Virus record (IMG/VR): IMGVR_UViG_3300021368_002465
Span: 1-53,051 of that record
Origin: a virus
Lineage: Duplodnaviria; Caudoviricetes
Direction: 5' to 3' (one strand)
DNA length: 53,051 nt
Made by a program: the position numbers and the translations under genes. How positions within the stretch are numbered: position 1 is the stretch's first letter; the number at the start of each line of letters is the position of its first letter. The notes below the pieces were generated by a model. It had not been told where the DNA came from. It ran no database searches and saw only the letters and a program-made list of their open reading frames with translations. Below, piece by piece: positions 1-11,381 of the stretch.

Positions 1-1
1 T

Positions 2-3000
2 TCATCTATAAATGAAAATAGTTCAAATGGTGCAACTGTTGGTTCAATATCCGCAGCAGATAACGAAGGTAACACAATAACATTTGTAAACTTTGAATTA
101 CATCAATTACAATTAGATGATTCAATAGTTTCGAGTGGTTCTTATAGTGGAACATCACAATTAACAGACCCACATGAAAATCCATTCCAAATGAGTACAA
201 GTGGTGTGGTAACAAGAAAATCAGGTGTGTACTTAAACTCTGATTTAATTAATGAATACATTTATAGAGCACAAGTAACAGACCCATATAATGGTACATC
301 TGATGTTGCTTTGATAACAATTAATATTACAGATGATACACCAGCAACCCTTTCAGATAACTGGTCAGCAGGACCTTATATAAAAGAATCTGAATTAAGT
401 GGTACAACTGCAAAAACAACAGATTATGGTTCTACTTCAGCAGATTATGGTTCAAATCAAAGTGGTACTTGGAGTTCATCTAACCCAGCAATATCAATTA
501 ACTCAAATGGTACTTTATCATTAGGTGTTGATTTAAGTGGTTCAGTAACCCAAAGTGGTGATACAATAGATTCAACAATTACATTTACAAATACTTTTGG
601 TACAACAACTACTGATAGTTTAACTTTAGATGTTGTTGGAAATGAAGCACCAACTGCTACATTTACAAATCAAACATCTGTATTTGATTCTAACCAAGCA
701 ACAAGTGGAACAAATTTAGTTTCAGTTTCAATTTCTGATACAGAATCAGATTCACCATATCAATTATCAATTGGTGGAACTGATGCTTCTAAATTAAATG
801 CAGTACCTCAAAACGTTGCTTCTTCATCTTGGGAATTGCAAGCAAGTGAAGATTTAATTGGTGGAACTTATACATACGATGTAACTATAACTGATTCATA
901 TTCAGAAACAACAACTTACAGTAGTAGAACAATTACTATTGCACAAGGAGATACTGGTACTTTAGGTGGAGATACAACTTCTTACATCATTGAATCAGCA
1001 GAAAGTGGAGATGTATTAAGAGATGCAACTGGTTATAACCAAGGAAATGCTTCACAATTATCAGTTTCTTATACAAATTATGGTTCACCGGTAGTTCAAT
1101 CTTATACTTCATCTAATGAGGCGTTTAACATTGATACAAGTGGTAACATAACATTAGGATTAGATATTAGTGGTTCATCTACTGGTAGTGGAGATACTAT
1201 AAGTTCTGATATTACTTTTGTTGACCAATATGGAAACATTGGTAGTGGTTCATTAACTGTTAATGTATTTGCAAATGGAGCACCAACTGCAACATTTACT
1301 GATAATAGTTCATTCTTTAACACAAACCAAGCAACTGGTAGTGTTTCATTGGTAGATATAACTGGTATTTCTGATACAGAATCAGATACTCCATATGTAG
1401 TAACACTTACTGGTACTGATGCAAGTTCATTCAATGTGGTATCACAAAATGTAAATGGAACTGTTTGGGAATTACAACCTTCTTCCGATTTATTAGCAGG
1501 AGAGTATGATTATAATATAGTTGTAACAGATGATTATTCAAAATCTACAACTTATAGTAGAAGTTTAATAGTATCACAATCGGATACTGGTACTTTAGGT
1601 GGAGATACTACTTCTTATATTATAGAATCAGCACAAGATGGAGATGTATTTAGAGATGCTAGTGGATATAATGCTGGAAACGCATCACAAGTAAGTGTTT
1701 CTTACTCACCAAACTATGGTTCACAAGTAGTTCAATCATTTACTTCATCAAACTCTTCAGTAGAAATTGATGGTAGTGGAAACCTTACATTCAATGGTGA
1801 CCTCGCGGGAACTGGTAGTGGAGAAACTCTTAGTTCAACAATAACATTTGCTGACCAATATGGAAATATAGGAAGTGGTTCAGTAACAATAAATGTATTT
1901 GATAATAATCACCCAAGTGCTTCATTTACTGATAATGATTCATTCTTTAATAGTAATCAAGCAACTGGTAGTACTTCATTGGTTGATGTTAGTATAACCG
2001 ATACAGAAAGTGGAACTCCTTATGGATTATCTATATCAGGTACAAATGGAAGTTCATTTAATCCTGTTCCACAAAATTCAGTTTCATCATCTTGGGAAAT
2101 ACAACCTTCTGGTAATTTATCGGCTGGAAGTTATTCATATGATGTAACTATAACAGATAATTTTGGAAAACAATCGGTATATAATAAATCACTTACAATA
2201 TTAGCTGCAGATACTGGTACATTAGTTTCAACTGATACATATATTATTGAATCTGCAGAAACTGGTGATTTAGTTAGAAGAAATACAAATGGTAGAACTG
2301 GTACTCAAAGTTCAGTAGCGGTTACTTACTCACCATCATATGGTTCACCAGTAGCAACAAACTTTGCATCATCTGATTCAAGAATTGCAATTGATTCAAG
2401 TGGTAGATTATCAGTTGGTAACGATGTTAGTGGTAGTGGAAGTACAAATGGTTCAATTATAGCAACAACTATTACTTGGAATGACCAATATGGAAATAAT
2501 GGTTCTGAAGCTATATCAATAGATGTAACTAAAAACTTTGCACCAACTGTAAATTCAACACAAACATTTAGTACAAACACGAATCAGGCAACTGGTTCTG
2601 AAAATATTGTAAGATTAAATCTTGTAGATACAGAAAGTGATACTATTTCTGCAGGTGGATTAACTTGGAGTGGATATAATACAACTTATTTTACACCAAG
2701 TAACTCAACTGGTCAAATGAATTTATTAGTAAACTCAACTTCAGTACCAGCAGGAAGTTATCCATATACCGCATCTATTGAAGATGTACATGGATTTGAT
2801 ACAACAGTACATAGTGGTTCGGTAACAATATCACAAGCTGATATCGGTACTTTGGGAGGAAATACTGCTATTTACTCAATAGAATCAGCAGAAAGTGGAG
2901 ATGTGTATAGAACAGCAACAGGATACAATAATGGAAGTTCAGCACAAGTGAGTGTTTCTTACTCACCAAACTATGGTTCTTCAGTAGTTCAATCTTATAC

Positions 3001-4033
3001 TTCATCAAATGCGGCAATTGCGGTTGATAATAGTGGTAATCTTACATTAGGTTTAGATTTAAGTGGTTCAGTAACTCAAAGTGGAGATACTATAAATTCA
3101 ACAATAACATTTGCTGACCAATATGGAAATATAGGAAGTGGTTCAGTAACAGCAACTCTATTTGGAAACCAATCTCCAGCAGCCTCTTTCGTATCATCAT
3201 CTAATTATGATACCGATGGAGCAAATAGTGGTTCTACTGCAGGTACATTGACAGTAACTGATGTTGAAAACAACTCACCATTTAGTATATCACTTGGAGG
3301 AACACATGGAACTTCATTTGATGTAAGTGGTTCATCTTCACCATTTATTATTCAACCTACTTCTGATTTATCAGCAGGAACATATACAATTGATATAACT
3401 GTAACTGATAGTTATAGTGAAACTGTAACATTATCGAGTGAAACAATAATTGTGGATACTGCTCTAGTAACCGGATTGGCTTATGTGTATAGTACAGGAC
3501 AAAGAAGTGGTACATTATTATATGATATAGGTGCATCGGCTGGAAGTGGTACACCTCCAACATTAACATCATATAGTGGTAATGGATTCTTAGAAAAAAT
3601 TGAAGATGGTGATTTAGGAAGTACTTCATTCACTTACTCATGGGGAGGAACAAAAACAGCTACACTTCTTGCAAGTGGTAGTGGAACAAACTTAGATACA
3701 ATATTACAAGGATTTGGAGATATATCAAAAACAGATTCAAATACATTTGTAATCATTGCACCAAAAGATACAGATATGACTGGAGTACCAACTAGTATGA
3801 GAAATGGTTATTCTGGTACGGCGACTGGAGAGTATGTTTTAGAAGTAGCAACAGATGGAGATGATTTCGGAGCTGGATTAGGAACAGTAGAAGATTCGAT
3901 AGTTTATGATTTTAATATAGGTTCGGCAGTTGGTGGAACAACCAACTACCACTTAATAGTAGCAAATAACACAATTGCACCAGCGAGTTCAATTGCATTG
4001 GCTGTTGTACCATCGAGTGGTTCAACACCATAA
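2..4033 (+). CDS. Large virion-associated protein with tandem cadherin/Ig-like repeats (5' partial; frame is open upstream of the track start at 191)
   Basis: Frame open from base 2 (SSINENSSNGATVGSISAADNEGN, a cadherin-like xENxxxGxxVG..A.D.EG signature). About five ~210-aa two-domain repeats (..YIIESAESGD..DQYGNIGSGS.. / ..SDTESD..WE.QPS.DL.AG.Y..). Confidence 0.75.
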   Translation, partial: SSINENSSNGATVGSISAADNEGNTITFVNFELHQLQLDDSIVSSGSYSGTSQLTDPHENPFQMSTSGVVTRKSGVYLNSDLINEYIYRAQVTDPYNGTSDVALITINITDDTPATLSDNWSAGPYIKESELSGTTAKTTDYGSTSADYGSNQSGTWSSSNPAISINSNGTLSLGVDLSGSVTQSGDTIDSTITFTNTFGTTTTDSLTLDVVGNEAPTATFTNQTSVFDSNQATSGTNLVSVSISDTESDSPYQLSIGGTDASKLNAVPQNVASSSWELQASEDLIGGTYTYDVTITDSYSETTTYSSRTITIAQGDTGTLGGDTTSYIIESAESGDVLRDATGYNQGNASQLSVSYTNYGSPVVQSYTSSNEAFNIDTSGNITLGLDISGSSTGSGDTISSDITFVDQYGNIGSGSLTVNVFANGAPTATFTDNSSFFNTNQATGSVSLVDITGISDTESDTPYVVTLTGTDASSFNVVSQNVNGTVWELQPSSDLLAGEYDYNIVVTDDYSKSTTYSRSLIVSQSDTGTLGGDTTSYIIESAQDGDVFRDASGYNAGNASQVSVSYSPNYGSQVVQSFTSSNSSVEIDGSGNLTFNGDLAGTGSGETLSSTITFADQYGNIGSGSVTINVFDNNHPSASFTDNDSFFNSNQATGSTSLVDVSITDTESGTPYGLSISGTNGSSFNPVPQNSVSSSWEIQPSGNLSAGSYSYDVTITDNFGKQSVYNKSLTILAADTGTLVSTDTYIIESAETGDLVRRNTNGRTGTQSSVAVTYSPSYGSPVATNFASSDSRIAIDSSGRLSVGNDVSGSGSTNGSIIATTITWNDQYGNNGSEAISIDVTKNFAPTVNSTQTFSTNTNQATGSENIVRLNLVDTESDTISAGGLTWSGYNTTYFTPSNSTGQMNLLVNSTSVPAGSYPYTASIEDVHGFDTTVHSGSVTISQADIGTLGGNTAIYSIESAESGDVYRTATGYNNGSSAQVSVSYSPNYGSSVVQSYTSSNAAIAVDNSGNLTLGLDLSGSVTQSGDTINSTITFADQYGNIGSGSVTATLFGNQSPAASFVSSSNYDTDGANSGSTAGTLTVTDVENNSPFSISLGGTHGTSFDVSGSSSPFIIQPTSDLSAGTYTIDITVTDSYSETVTLSSETIIVDTALVTGLAYVYSTGQRSGTLLYDIGASAGSGTPPTLTSYSGNGFLEKIEDGDLGSTSFTYSWGGTKTATLLASGSGTNLDTILQGFGDISKTDSNTFVIIAPKDTDMTGVPTSMRNGYSGTATGEYVLEVATDGDDFGAGLGTVEDSIVYDFNIGSAVGGTTNYHLIVANNTIAPASSIALAVVPSSGSTP

Positions 4034-4061
4034 TATTTATAATATAGGGGAATAAAGAAAA

Positions 4062-4625
4062 ATGCCAAGTATTAGTAGTAAAGTAACGTTAACATCAGCA
4101 GCCTCATCAAGTGGTATCGCAATTGCAGATATCGACTTAATAAGAGGTGCTTTTTATACTGTTGCTGAATATGATGATTTAGCGGATATACCAAACGATA
4201 GATTGAGTGATAAACAAATCGTATGGGTAGAAGATGCAGAAGCAACTTATCAGTTATCTATTACTCTTGCAAATCCACCTTTTAGTTTCTCGGATACTTA
4301 CACTTGGTCTGAATTTAGTGGATTTGGTTCTGGTGGTGGAGGAGGTAGTGGTGATATCACTGCTGTAGTTGCTGGAGATGGATTAATTGGTGGTGGATTT
4401 AGTGGAAATGTTACTTTGCACGTTGGAGCAGGGAATGGTATTGTTACTGGTTCAAACTCGGTATCTGTACAAGGAAGTGATGGTATAACAGTTGATACAA
4501 ATGGAGTATCAGTTACCGCACATGATGGTATAACAGTTAGTAGTGATGGTGTATCACTAAACACAGGTTCAGCTCATTTTACAGGTGGAGTACAAAAAAC
4601 AGAATTAGATGGTGGAGATATTTAA
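4062..4625 (+). CDS. Small tail-fibre/appendage protein, C-terminal ELDGGDI
   Basis: GDITAVVAGDGLIGGG and xDGITV repeats typical of phage fibre proteins; late motif upstream; located in fibre cluster. Confidence 0.6.
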   Translation: MPSISSKVTLTSAASSSGIAIADIDLIRGAFYTVAEYDDLADIPNDRLSDKQIVWVEDAEATYQLSITLANPPFSFSDTYTWSEFSGFGSGGGGGSGDITAVVAGDGLIGGGFSGNVTLHVGAGNGIVTGSNSVSVQGSDGITVDTNGVSVTAHDGITVSSDGVSLNTGSAHFTGGVQKTELDGGDI

Positions 4626-4760
4626 CATTTCCATCAAAACGATATATTTATAAAATATAAGATATTAACACTATATAGTGTTTAACTAGGGCAGATGACC
4701 CAATAAATAAAGGTTATATACGAATTTTTAATTAATTAATTTAACAAGGAAAAAATAATA

Positions 4761-7700
4761 ATGGCACAAATAATTAGACATAGAAAAGGTGTCTTAGAAA
4801 GTGTAAATGGCTCAACTAAAAGAAAAGCGGAGCTTCTCATTGTAACGGGTTCATCTGGAATTACTTCTACAAACTCTGATGCTATGGTATTTTTTGGTGA
4901 TGGTACAGACGCTACCGCAGCAAATAAAGTACTCTATGGTTCAACAACACCAAACTTAACTGGTGCATCGTATGGTGATTCAATAAATGGTATCCCTTAC
5001 TATAACACTTCAGAAAATAAACTTTACATTTTAGGTAAAAGTTTTACTGATGGTAAACTTGAGGTTCAAGCTTCTGCAAATACAGGTGGAACTGGTATTA
5101 TATCAGGTTCTTCTCAAATTGTAGGATTGGGAGCAAACATTTACTCATCTTCAGCTATGGTAGCTGCAGATTTACTTTCTGACAACCGAAATATAGATTT
5201 AGGAACTGGTACATTTGATGCAGGAACTATCACATCAGATGGTACACTCAATGTAACTGGTATTTCTAATCTAGGAGTTATCTCAGGTTCGAATATGGAC
5301 TTGACTGGTAACGCAAATATTCAAGGAAATATCGTACTAGGTGGTAACATCACAATTGGTGATGCATCTTCGGATACAATCGCATTCGGTGGTGATTTAT
5401 CAACTGATATTATCCCTAATGCAAATAACACTCTAGATTTAGGTTCATCAACTGACAAGTTTGCACAAGTTCATGCAACTAGTCTTTTTGGTACTTTGAC
5501 TGGAGCTGTAAATGCAACAAATAACATTGTATCATCTTCAAGTGATACTGCAAATGTTAACATAACAATCGCTGATGGTGTAGTATCTGCGGAACTTTAT
5601 GGTGGTGTAGTTTCTGGTTCATCTCAGATTTCTGCTGACCAAACTGATGGTTGGGCTGCTGATGTTAAAACTCAGTTAAACTCAAACACAGTAATTTCTG
5701 GTTCATCTCAAGTTTCTTATACTGGTCTATCTGGTATTCCTGGTGGAATCGTAAGTGGTTCTTCACAAGTTGATGCGGATACAATTACTAACTTTGATTC
5801 TAATGTAAAAGCTAAATTAGATGCTGATGGAGTAATCTCTGGTTCATCACAAGTTGATGCAGATACAATTACGAATTTTGATTCTAATGTAAAAGCTAAA
5901 TTAGATGCTGATGGAGTAATCTCTGGTTCATCACAATTACTTGACCAAGCAACTGACTTTGGTACTGGTAGAGTAAGTGGTGATAACTTTGGTGATGCTG
6001 ATGGTGGTTCTGATTTTACTGGTTCATTTGCTGGTGATGGTTCAAACCTTACTGGTCTTGTATCTACTTTAACTTTTGGTAATAATGGTGTAGATTCAGA
6101 TTCAACTGTTGATTTACAATCTCAACAATTTGATATTGTTGGTACGGCAAATGAAATTGAAACTTCAGTTTCAGGACAAACTTTATCTGTTGGAATTGTA
6201 TCAAACCCAACTCTTACTGGTAATGTAACTGTAACTGGTAACTTTGAAGTTCAAGGTACAACAACAACTGTATCTTCAACAACTGTTCAACTTGATGACA
6301 ATATTTTATCATTAAATGGAACAGGTGCTGCCAATGGTGGTATTCAAGTTGCTGACTCTAATGGTCCGGCTAGTGGTTCTTTACTATGGGATGGTTCAAA
6401 TAACAGATGGATTGCTGGTGGTGAAGGTTCAGAAGAAGAAATTCTTCTAAGAAATACACATGGTGTAATTTCTGGTTCATCTCAAGTAGTTCTTAATGAT
6501 GCTGATAAAACTGGATTTAACACCGCAGATGTTGCTGAAGATGCAACAAATCTTTACTATACAGATACAAGAGTAAAAACTAAATTAGATGCTGATGGTG
6601 TAATTTCTGGTTCATCTCAAGTAGATGCAGATTCAATCACTAACTTTGATGCAAACGTAAAAACTAAATTAGATGCAGATGGTGTAATTAGTGGTTCTTC
6701 ACAGATTTCTGCTGACCAAACTGATGGTTGGGCTGCTGATGTTAAAACTCAATTAGATGCAAATACAGTAATTAGTGGTTCTTCACAAGTAACTGGAATT
6801 GTAAATTCTCAAATTGATGCTAATGCAGCAATTATCCACACTAAATTAGACTTAAGAGGTTCAGGTATCCAATCTGGTTCATCTCAGATTACTGAAAACG
6901 CTGATACTGGTGAAGCATTAATGAAAGCAGGTGATGGTTCGGTTACTGGATTCAATGCATTTTCTGATGGTGTAGATTTATTCTCAATTGGTACTGCAAC
7001 TGGTAATGTTCAAGATTTAGGAAGTGGTAATCAATTAGCATTGTACAATGGAAGTGGAAACTCAGGTATATTGAGTTATGATTTAGGTGGTACAATTAAC
7101 TCTTATGATTATGCAACTGCAACATACAGATATATTGATACAAACTCTGGTATAGGTATTGCACTTAAACCAAATGCTGATGCTAACAAAGCATGGTTAA
7201 TTGATACAGATGGTGACTTAGTTTCTAATGCAACTGTGGCTGGAGCTGCTACTACTGGTAGTATCTATGGTGCGAATTTAGTTGCAAGAGGAGATTTAAG
7301 TGGTTCTAACTTAAAATTAACTGGAAATGCAAATATTGATGGTAACATCGTACTAGGTGGTAATATTACAATTGGAGATTCTTCTTCAGATACTATTGCT
7401 TTTGGTGGTGATTTATCAACTGATATTATTCCAAATGCTAACAATACTTTAGATTTAGGTTCATCTTCTGAAAAATTTGCAGAAGTACATGCAACTACTT
7501 TCTTTGGTAATGTAACTGGTAATGTAACTGGTACTATAAATTCTAACAATGGTGTAATTAGTGGTTCTGCACAATTACTAAATGTTGCTACTGATTTCGG
7601 AACTGGTAGAGTAAGTGGTGATGACTTTGGTGATTTAGTAGGAACTTCAACATTTACTGGTTCATTTGTAGGAGATGGTTCAGGTATTACAGGTCTTTCA

Positions 7701-8723
7701 ACTACTATTTCAATTAGTGGTTCGGATGATTCAACTGATACTGTATCATTACTTAACTCATCATTAGTATTTGCTGGTGGTAATGGTATATCAACAACTG
7801 TATCTGGTGATAAAGTAACTTACTCAATCCAAGATTCTTCAACTGGTCAAAAAGGTCTTTCACAATTCTCGGGAACTAACTTTAGTGTATCGAGTGGTAA
7901 TGTATCTTTAATATCAGGTAATGGTGTAGATTCAAGTGGTGGTGTAACAGGTGCTAACCTTAACGCTGATGTTGCTGGAACTGGTTTATCTTATTCACTA
8001 AGTAACCAACAGATTGATGTTGATTATGGTTCATCAGCAGGACAAGCAGTTCAAGGTAACACTACGATTACTGTTAATGGTACAGCTAATGAGGTTGAAA
8101 TAACTGGTACTGCGGCTCAAGCACTTGGTGGTGGAGCTTCTTATACTATTGGTTTACCTTCTGATGTAACGATTGGTAATGACTTAACAGTTACTACTGA
8201 TGCATCTGTTGGTGGAAACATGACTGTAACTGGTAACCTTTCAGTATTAGGTACAACTACAACTGTTGATTCAACTACTGTTCAACTTGGTGATAACATC
8301 TTGGAACTTAACTATGGTGGAGCACAAACAAATGCTGGACTTTTAGTTACTGATACTCAAGCACCAAATACAAATAGTGGTTCATTACTATGGGATGGTA
8401 CTAATGACCATTGGATGGGTGGAGCAGCTGGTTCGGAAAAAGAGTTCGCAAGATTAAATGCGGCTCCAACTACGAACACAGTTCTTAAAGCTGATTCTAA
8501 TGGATTGTTAGTTGATTCTGTATTAACTGATGATGGTACTGATGCTACATTTAGTGGTGACTTAATCGTTTCGGGTCTTTCAGTAGGTTCAAATGGTGGT
8601 TTCCTTTATGTAGATACATCAAACCAGATTAACTCAGCAACAGCTACTACAGCTGGTGATGTGATTCAATGGAATGGTTCATCATTCGTTGCAAGTAACG
8701 AACTTGATGGTGGTACGTTCTAA
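4761..8723 (+). CDS. Long tail fibre-like protein with SGSSQ repeats
   Basis: MAQIIRHRKG N-terminus, repeated KxKLDADGVISGSSQ units, beta-strand xTGNxxVxG repeats, C-terminal ELDGGTF; AAGGA upstream. Confidence 0.75.
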   Translation: MAQIIRHRKGVLESVNGSTKRKAELLIVTGSSGITSTNSDAMVFFGDGTDATAANKVLYGSTTPNLTGASYGDSINGIPYYNTSENKLYILGKSFTDGKLEVQASANTGGTGIISGSSQIVGLGANIYSSSAMVAADLLSDNRNIDLGTGTFDAGTITSDGTLNVTGISNLGVISGSNMDLTGNANIQGNIVLGGNITIGDASSDTIAFGGDLSTDIIPNANNTLDLGSSTDKFAQVHATSLFGTLTGAVNATNNIVSSSSDTANVNITIADGVVSAELYGGVVSGSSQISADQTDGWAADVKTQLNSNTVISGSSQVSYTGLSGIPGGIVSGSSQVDADTITNFDSNVKAKLDADGVISGSSQVDADTITNFDSNVKAKLDADGVISGSSQLLDQATDFGTGRVSGDNFGDADGGSDFTGSFAGDGSNLTGLVSTLTFGNNGVDSDSTVDLQSQQFDIVGTANEIETSVSGQTLSVGIVSNPTLTGNVTVTGNFEVQGTTTTVSSTTVQLDDNILSLNGTGAANGGIQVADSNGPASGSLLWDGSNNRWIAGGEGSEEEILLRNTHGVISGSSQVVLNDADKTGFNTADVAEDATNLYYTDTRVKTKLDADGVISGSSQVDADSITNFDANVKTKLDADGVISGSSQISADQTDGWAADVKTQLDANTVISGSSQVTGIVNSQIDANAAIIHTKLDLRGSGIQSGSSQITENADTGEALMKAGDGSVTGFNAFSDGVDLFSIGTATGNVQDLGSGNQLALYNGSGNSGILSYDLGGTINSYDYATATYRYIDTNSGIGIALKPNADANKAWLIDTDGDLVSNATVAGAATTGSIYGANLVARGDLSGSNLKLTGNANIDGNIVLGGNITIGDSSSDTIAFGGDLSTDIIPNANNTLDLGSSSEKFAEVHATTFFGNVTGNVTGTINSNNGVISGSAQLLNVATDFGTGRVSGDDFGDLVGTSTFTGSFVGDGSGITGLSTTISISGSDDSTDTVSLLNSSLVFAGGNGISTTVSGDKVTYSIQDSSTGQKGLSQFSGTNFSVSSGNVSLISGNGVDSSGGVTGANLNADVAGTGLSYSLSNQQIDVDYGSSAGQAVQGNTTITVNGTANEVEITGTAAQALGGGASYTIGLPSDVTIGNDLTVTTDASVGGNMTVTGNLSVLGTTTTVDSTTVQLGDNILELNYGGAQTNAGLLVTDTQAPNTNSGSLLWDGTNDHWMGGAAGSEKEFARLNAAPTTNTVLKADSNGLLVDSVLTDDGTDATFSGDLIVSGLSVGSNGGFLYVDTSNQINSATATTAGDVIQWNGSSFVASNELDGGTF
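5763..5936 (+). repeat. Near-identical 84-bp tandem duplication (SQVDADTITNFDSNVKAKLDADGVISGS x2)
   Basis: Two adjacent copies differing only at a few synonymous positions. Confidence 0.9.
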
Positions 8724-8743
8724 TAGAATTTACTAAATAACTT

Positions 8744-8775
8744 AAAAACCCTCACATTTATGTGGGGGTTTTTTT
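8744..8775 (+). terminator. Intrinsic terminator
   Basis: AAAAACCCTCACAT-TT-ATGTGGGGGTTTTTTT hairpin plus T-tract right after the 4761..8723 stop. Confidence 0.85.
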
Positions 8776-8876
8776 ATATCTTTATTTATTTCTATACTTA
8801 TATTAGTATTGGTGTATCCTAAAAAAACAATTATTTAATTGCCCAATATTTATATGTAACAAATAGGAAATTATAG

Positions 8877-11375
8877 ATGGCTGGAATATTACAACTAAGA
8901 AGAGGGTTAAAGTCAACATACATTTCGGAAGGAAGTAACCTTGCTGAAGCATTTTTCGTTACAACAAGCGAAACAGGTTCAGTATCGGCTAATACCTTAA
9001 TAGTAGGTGTTAGTGGTTCTCTCGGCTCAGATGTAATTACCCTTGCAAAACTTTCATTAGCAAACAAAGATAATACATACGCAGATTACAACTCAGGTTC
9101 ATTTTGGATAACTGGTGATTATACTGGTTCAAATGCACTAATTTTAGATAACTTAAAAGTTAGTGGTTCTGTTTTTATAGAAGAAGATTTACACTTAGAA
9201 GGACACTTATACTTAGGTTCTGGTTCTGATGATGATGTAGTAAGAGTACAATCAGAATTTAGTGGTTCAATAATACCTGATAATGATATTACAGGTTCTA
9301 GAGTATCAGATGCAACAACAGGTTCATATGATTTAGGTTCGGATTCTAAAAGATGGAGAAATATCTATTTACAAAAAGATGCAACTGGTGCAGGATTCCT
9401 TTCAGGTTCTAATATTGATTTAACTGGAAATATTAAAGTAGATGGTGAAGGTAGATTTGGTACTTTACGAGTTGATGATTTAACCGATAATAGAATTTTA
9501 TTAGCAGGTGTAGGTGGTGAAGTAGAAGATGATGGTAACCTAACATATGATGGTCAAGATTTCAGATTAACAGATAGTGATTTTTATCAAAGTGGTAGTG
9601 GAGCTTCTTTCCAATTCTCGGGAGGTGGTGCAGATTTTACTGGTTCTATATCAAATTACGAATTAAGAGTTGATAATGGTGTTGTATTTACAAATGCAGA
9701 AGGAACTCTAGATAATCAGACACAATTTACTTGGGATGGTGGTTTATTAAACATTGATGGAGGAATTTCAGCATCACAAAACTTAAGTGTAGATGGTGAA
9801 TCTTCTTTAGCATCTGCAATAGTAAAAGATTTAACAGAAAATAGGATTGTAATAGCAGGACCTGTTGGTGAGTTAGAAGATGACCAATATTTCAGATATA
9901 CTGGTAATGAGTTTATCATTGGTTCTGATGAACATTTCAAAGTAACTACTCTAAATGGTAATACTTCAATAAGTGGTTCAGTTCAAATGTTCTCAACACT
10001 TAATGTAGATGGACAATCAACCTTAGCATCTGTAAACGTAGAAGATTTAACAGATAATAGAGTAGTAATCGTTGGAGCAGGTGGAGAAATAGAAGATGAT
10101 GGAAACTTTACATTCAATGGTACAGAGTTAAACATAGGAACTGGTAACTTTACAGTTCAACAAGGAAGTGGTAATACACAAATATTAGGAACACTTGATG
10201 TAGATTCACAATCAACACTATCATCTCTTAATGTAGAAGATTTAACAAGTGGTAGAGTAGTACTCGCTGGAACAAGTGGTGAGATTGAAGATAGTGGTAA
10301 CCTTACATTTGATGGTTCACTTCTTACTGTAACTGGTGATACAACAATTACTGGTGATTTAACAGTACAAGGAGATTTAACACAACTTAATGTTTCTACA
10401 CTTAATGTAGAAGATAAAAACTTATTAATAGCAAGTGGAGCGATAGATGCTTCAGCTGCTAATGGGGGTGGAATTACAATCGATGGAGCAGATGCAACAC
10501 TTTTATATGGTTCATCAGATGATTCATTCACCTTTAACAAATTACTTAAAGTAAATGGGAATATTAGTGGTTCTTCATTTAATGGAACAACATTACTTTC
10601 TTCATCAAACGAAAACTTCGCAGATTATTCACAATCAGTAGATTCAAGATTAGATGAAATAGAAGGACCTCTATCAACATCATTAGATACGAGATTAGAT
10701 GCAATTGAAGGACCGATGAGTACTTCACTTGATTCAAGATTGATAGAAATATTCGCAACAGGTTCAGACCACGAAACAAGATTAGATGCACAAGAACTAT
10801 ATAGTTCATCATTCACATCAAATGATTTAGATATGAATGGTAACAAAGTTCTATTTGGTAACGTTTACTCAACAGAAGGAGATTTACCAAACGCAAGTAC
10901 ATATCATGGTATGTTCGCTCATGTACATGGAACTGGTAAAGGATATTTTGCTCATGGTGGTAATTGGATTCCTTTATTAAACGAAAGTACATTCACAACT
11001 GATTCAGCATCATTTGATTCAAGATTAGATGCACAAGAATCATTCAGTTCAGCTTTAGATGATACATTCGCAACAGAAGCAGAAGTAAATTTAGCAACTT
11101 CAAGTTTAAGTGCATCATTGGCAGTTGATATAGCAAGTAACTTATCTGAAATTACTAATCTAAATTCATTTAGTGAATCTATCGAATCACATCTACCAAG
11201 TGGAGTAATAAGTGGTTCATCACAAATCACAGATGGAAGTGGTATAGTTAGTGGTTCAGGTCAATTAGAAGGATATGTAAGTTCATCCACAGCAAACGTA
11301 ATAGAGGTAATGACTTCTGCATCTTATGCAGCAATCACACCAGTAAGTGGAACTCTTTATATAATACAAGGTTAA
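8877..11375 (+). CDS. Tail fibre-like protein
   Basis: MAGILQLRRG N-terminus; four VEDLTDNRVVIAGxxGEIEDDGN repeats; coiled-coil DSRLD repeats; His-rich YHGMFAHVHGTGKGYFAH module; C-terminal YAAITPVSGTLYII. Confidence 0.75.
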   Translation: MAGILQLRRGLKSTYISEGSNLAEAFFVTTSETGSVSANTLIVGVSGSLGSDVITLAKLSLANKDNTYADYNSGSFWITGDYTGSNALILDNLKVSGSVFIEEDLHLEGHLYLGSGSDDDVVRVQSEFSGSIIPDNDITGSRVSDATTGSYDLGSDSKRWRNIYLQKDATGAGFLSGSNIDLTGNIKVDGEGRFGTLRVDDLTDNRILLAGVGGEVEDDGNLTYDGQDFRLTDSDFYQSGSGASFQFSGGGADFTGSISNYELRVDNGVVFTNAEGTLDNQTQFTWDGGLLNIDGGISASQNLSVDGESSLASAIVKDLTENRIVIAGPVGELEDDQYFRYTGNEFIIGSDEHFKVTTLNGNTSISGSVQMFSTLNVDGQSTLASVNVEDLTDNRVVIVGAGGEIEDDGNFTFNGTELNIGTGNFTVQQGSGNTQILGTLDVDSQSTLSSLNVEDLTSGRVVLAGTSGEIEDSGNLTFDGSLLTVTGDTTITGDLTVQGDLTQLNVSTLNVEDKNLLIASGAIDASAANGGGITIDGADATLLYGSSDDSFTFNKLLKVNGNISGSSFNGTTLLSSSNENFADYSQSVDSRLDEIEGPLSTSLDTRLDAIEGPMSTSLDSRLIEIFATGSDHETRLDAQELYSSSFTSNDLDMNGNKVLFGNVYSTEGDLPNASTYHGMFAHVHGTGKGYFAHGGNWIPLLNESTFTTDSASFDSRLDAQESFSSALDDTFATEAEVNLATSSLSASLAVDIASNLSEITNLNSFSESIESHLPSGVISGSSQITDGSGIVSGSGQLEGYVSSSTANVIEVMTSASYAAITPVSGTLYIIQG

Positions 11376-11381
11376 TAAATC

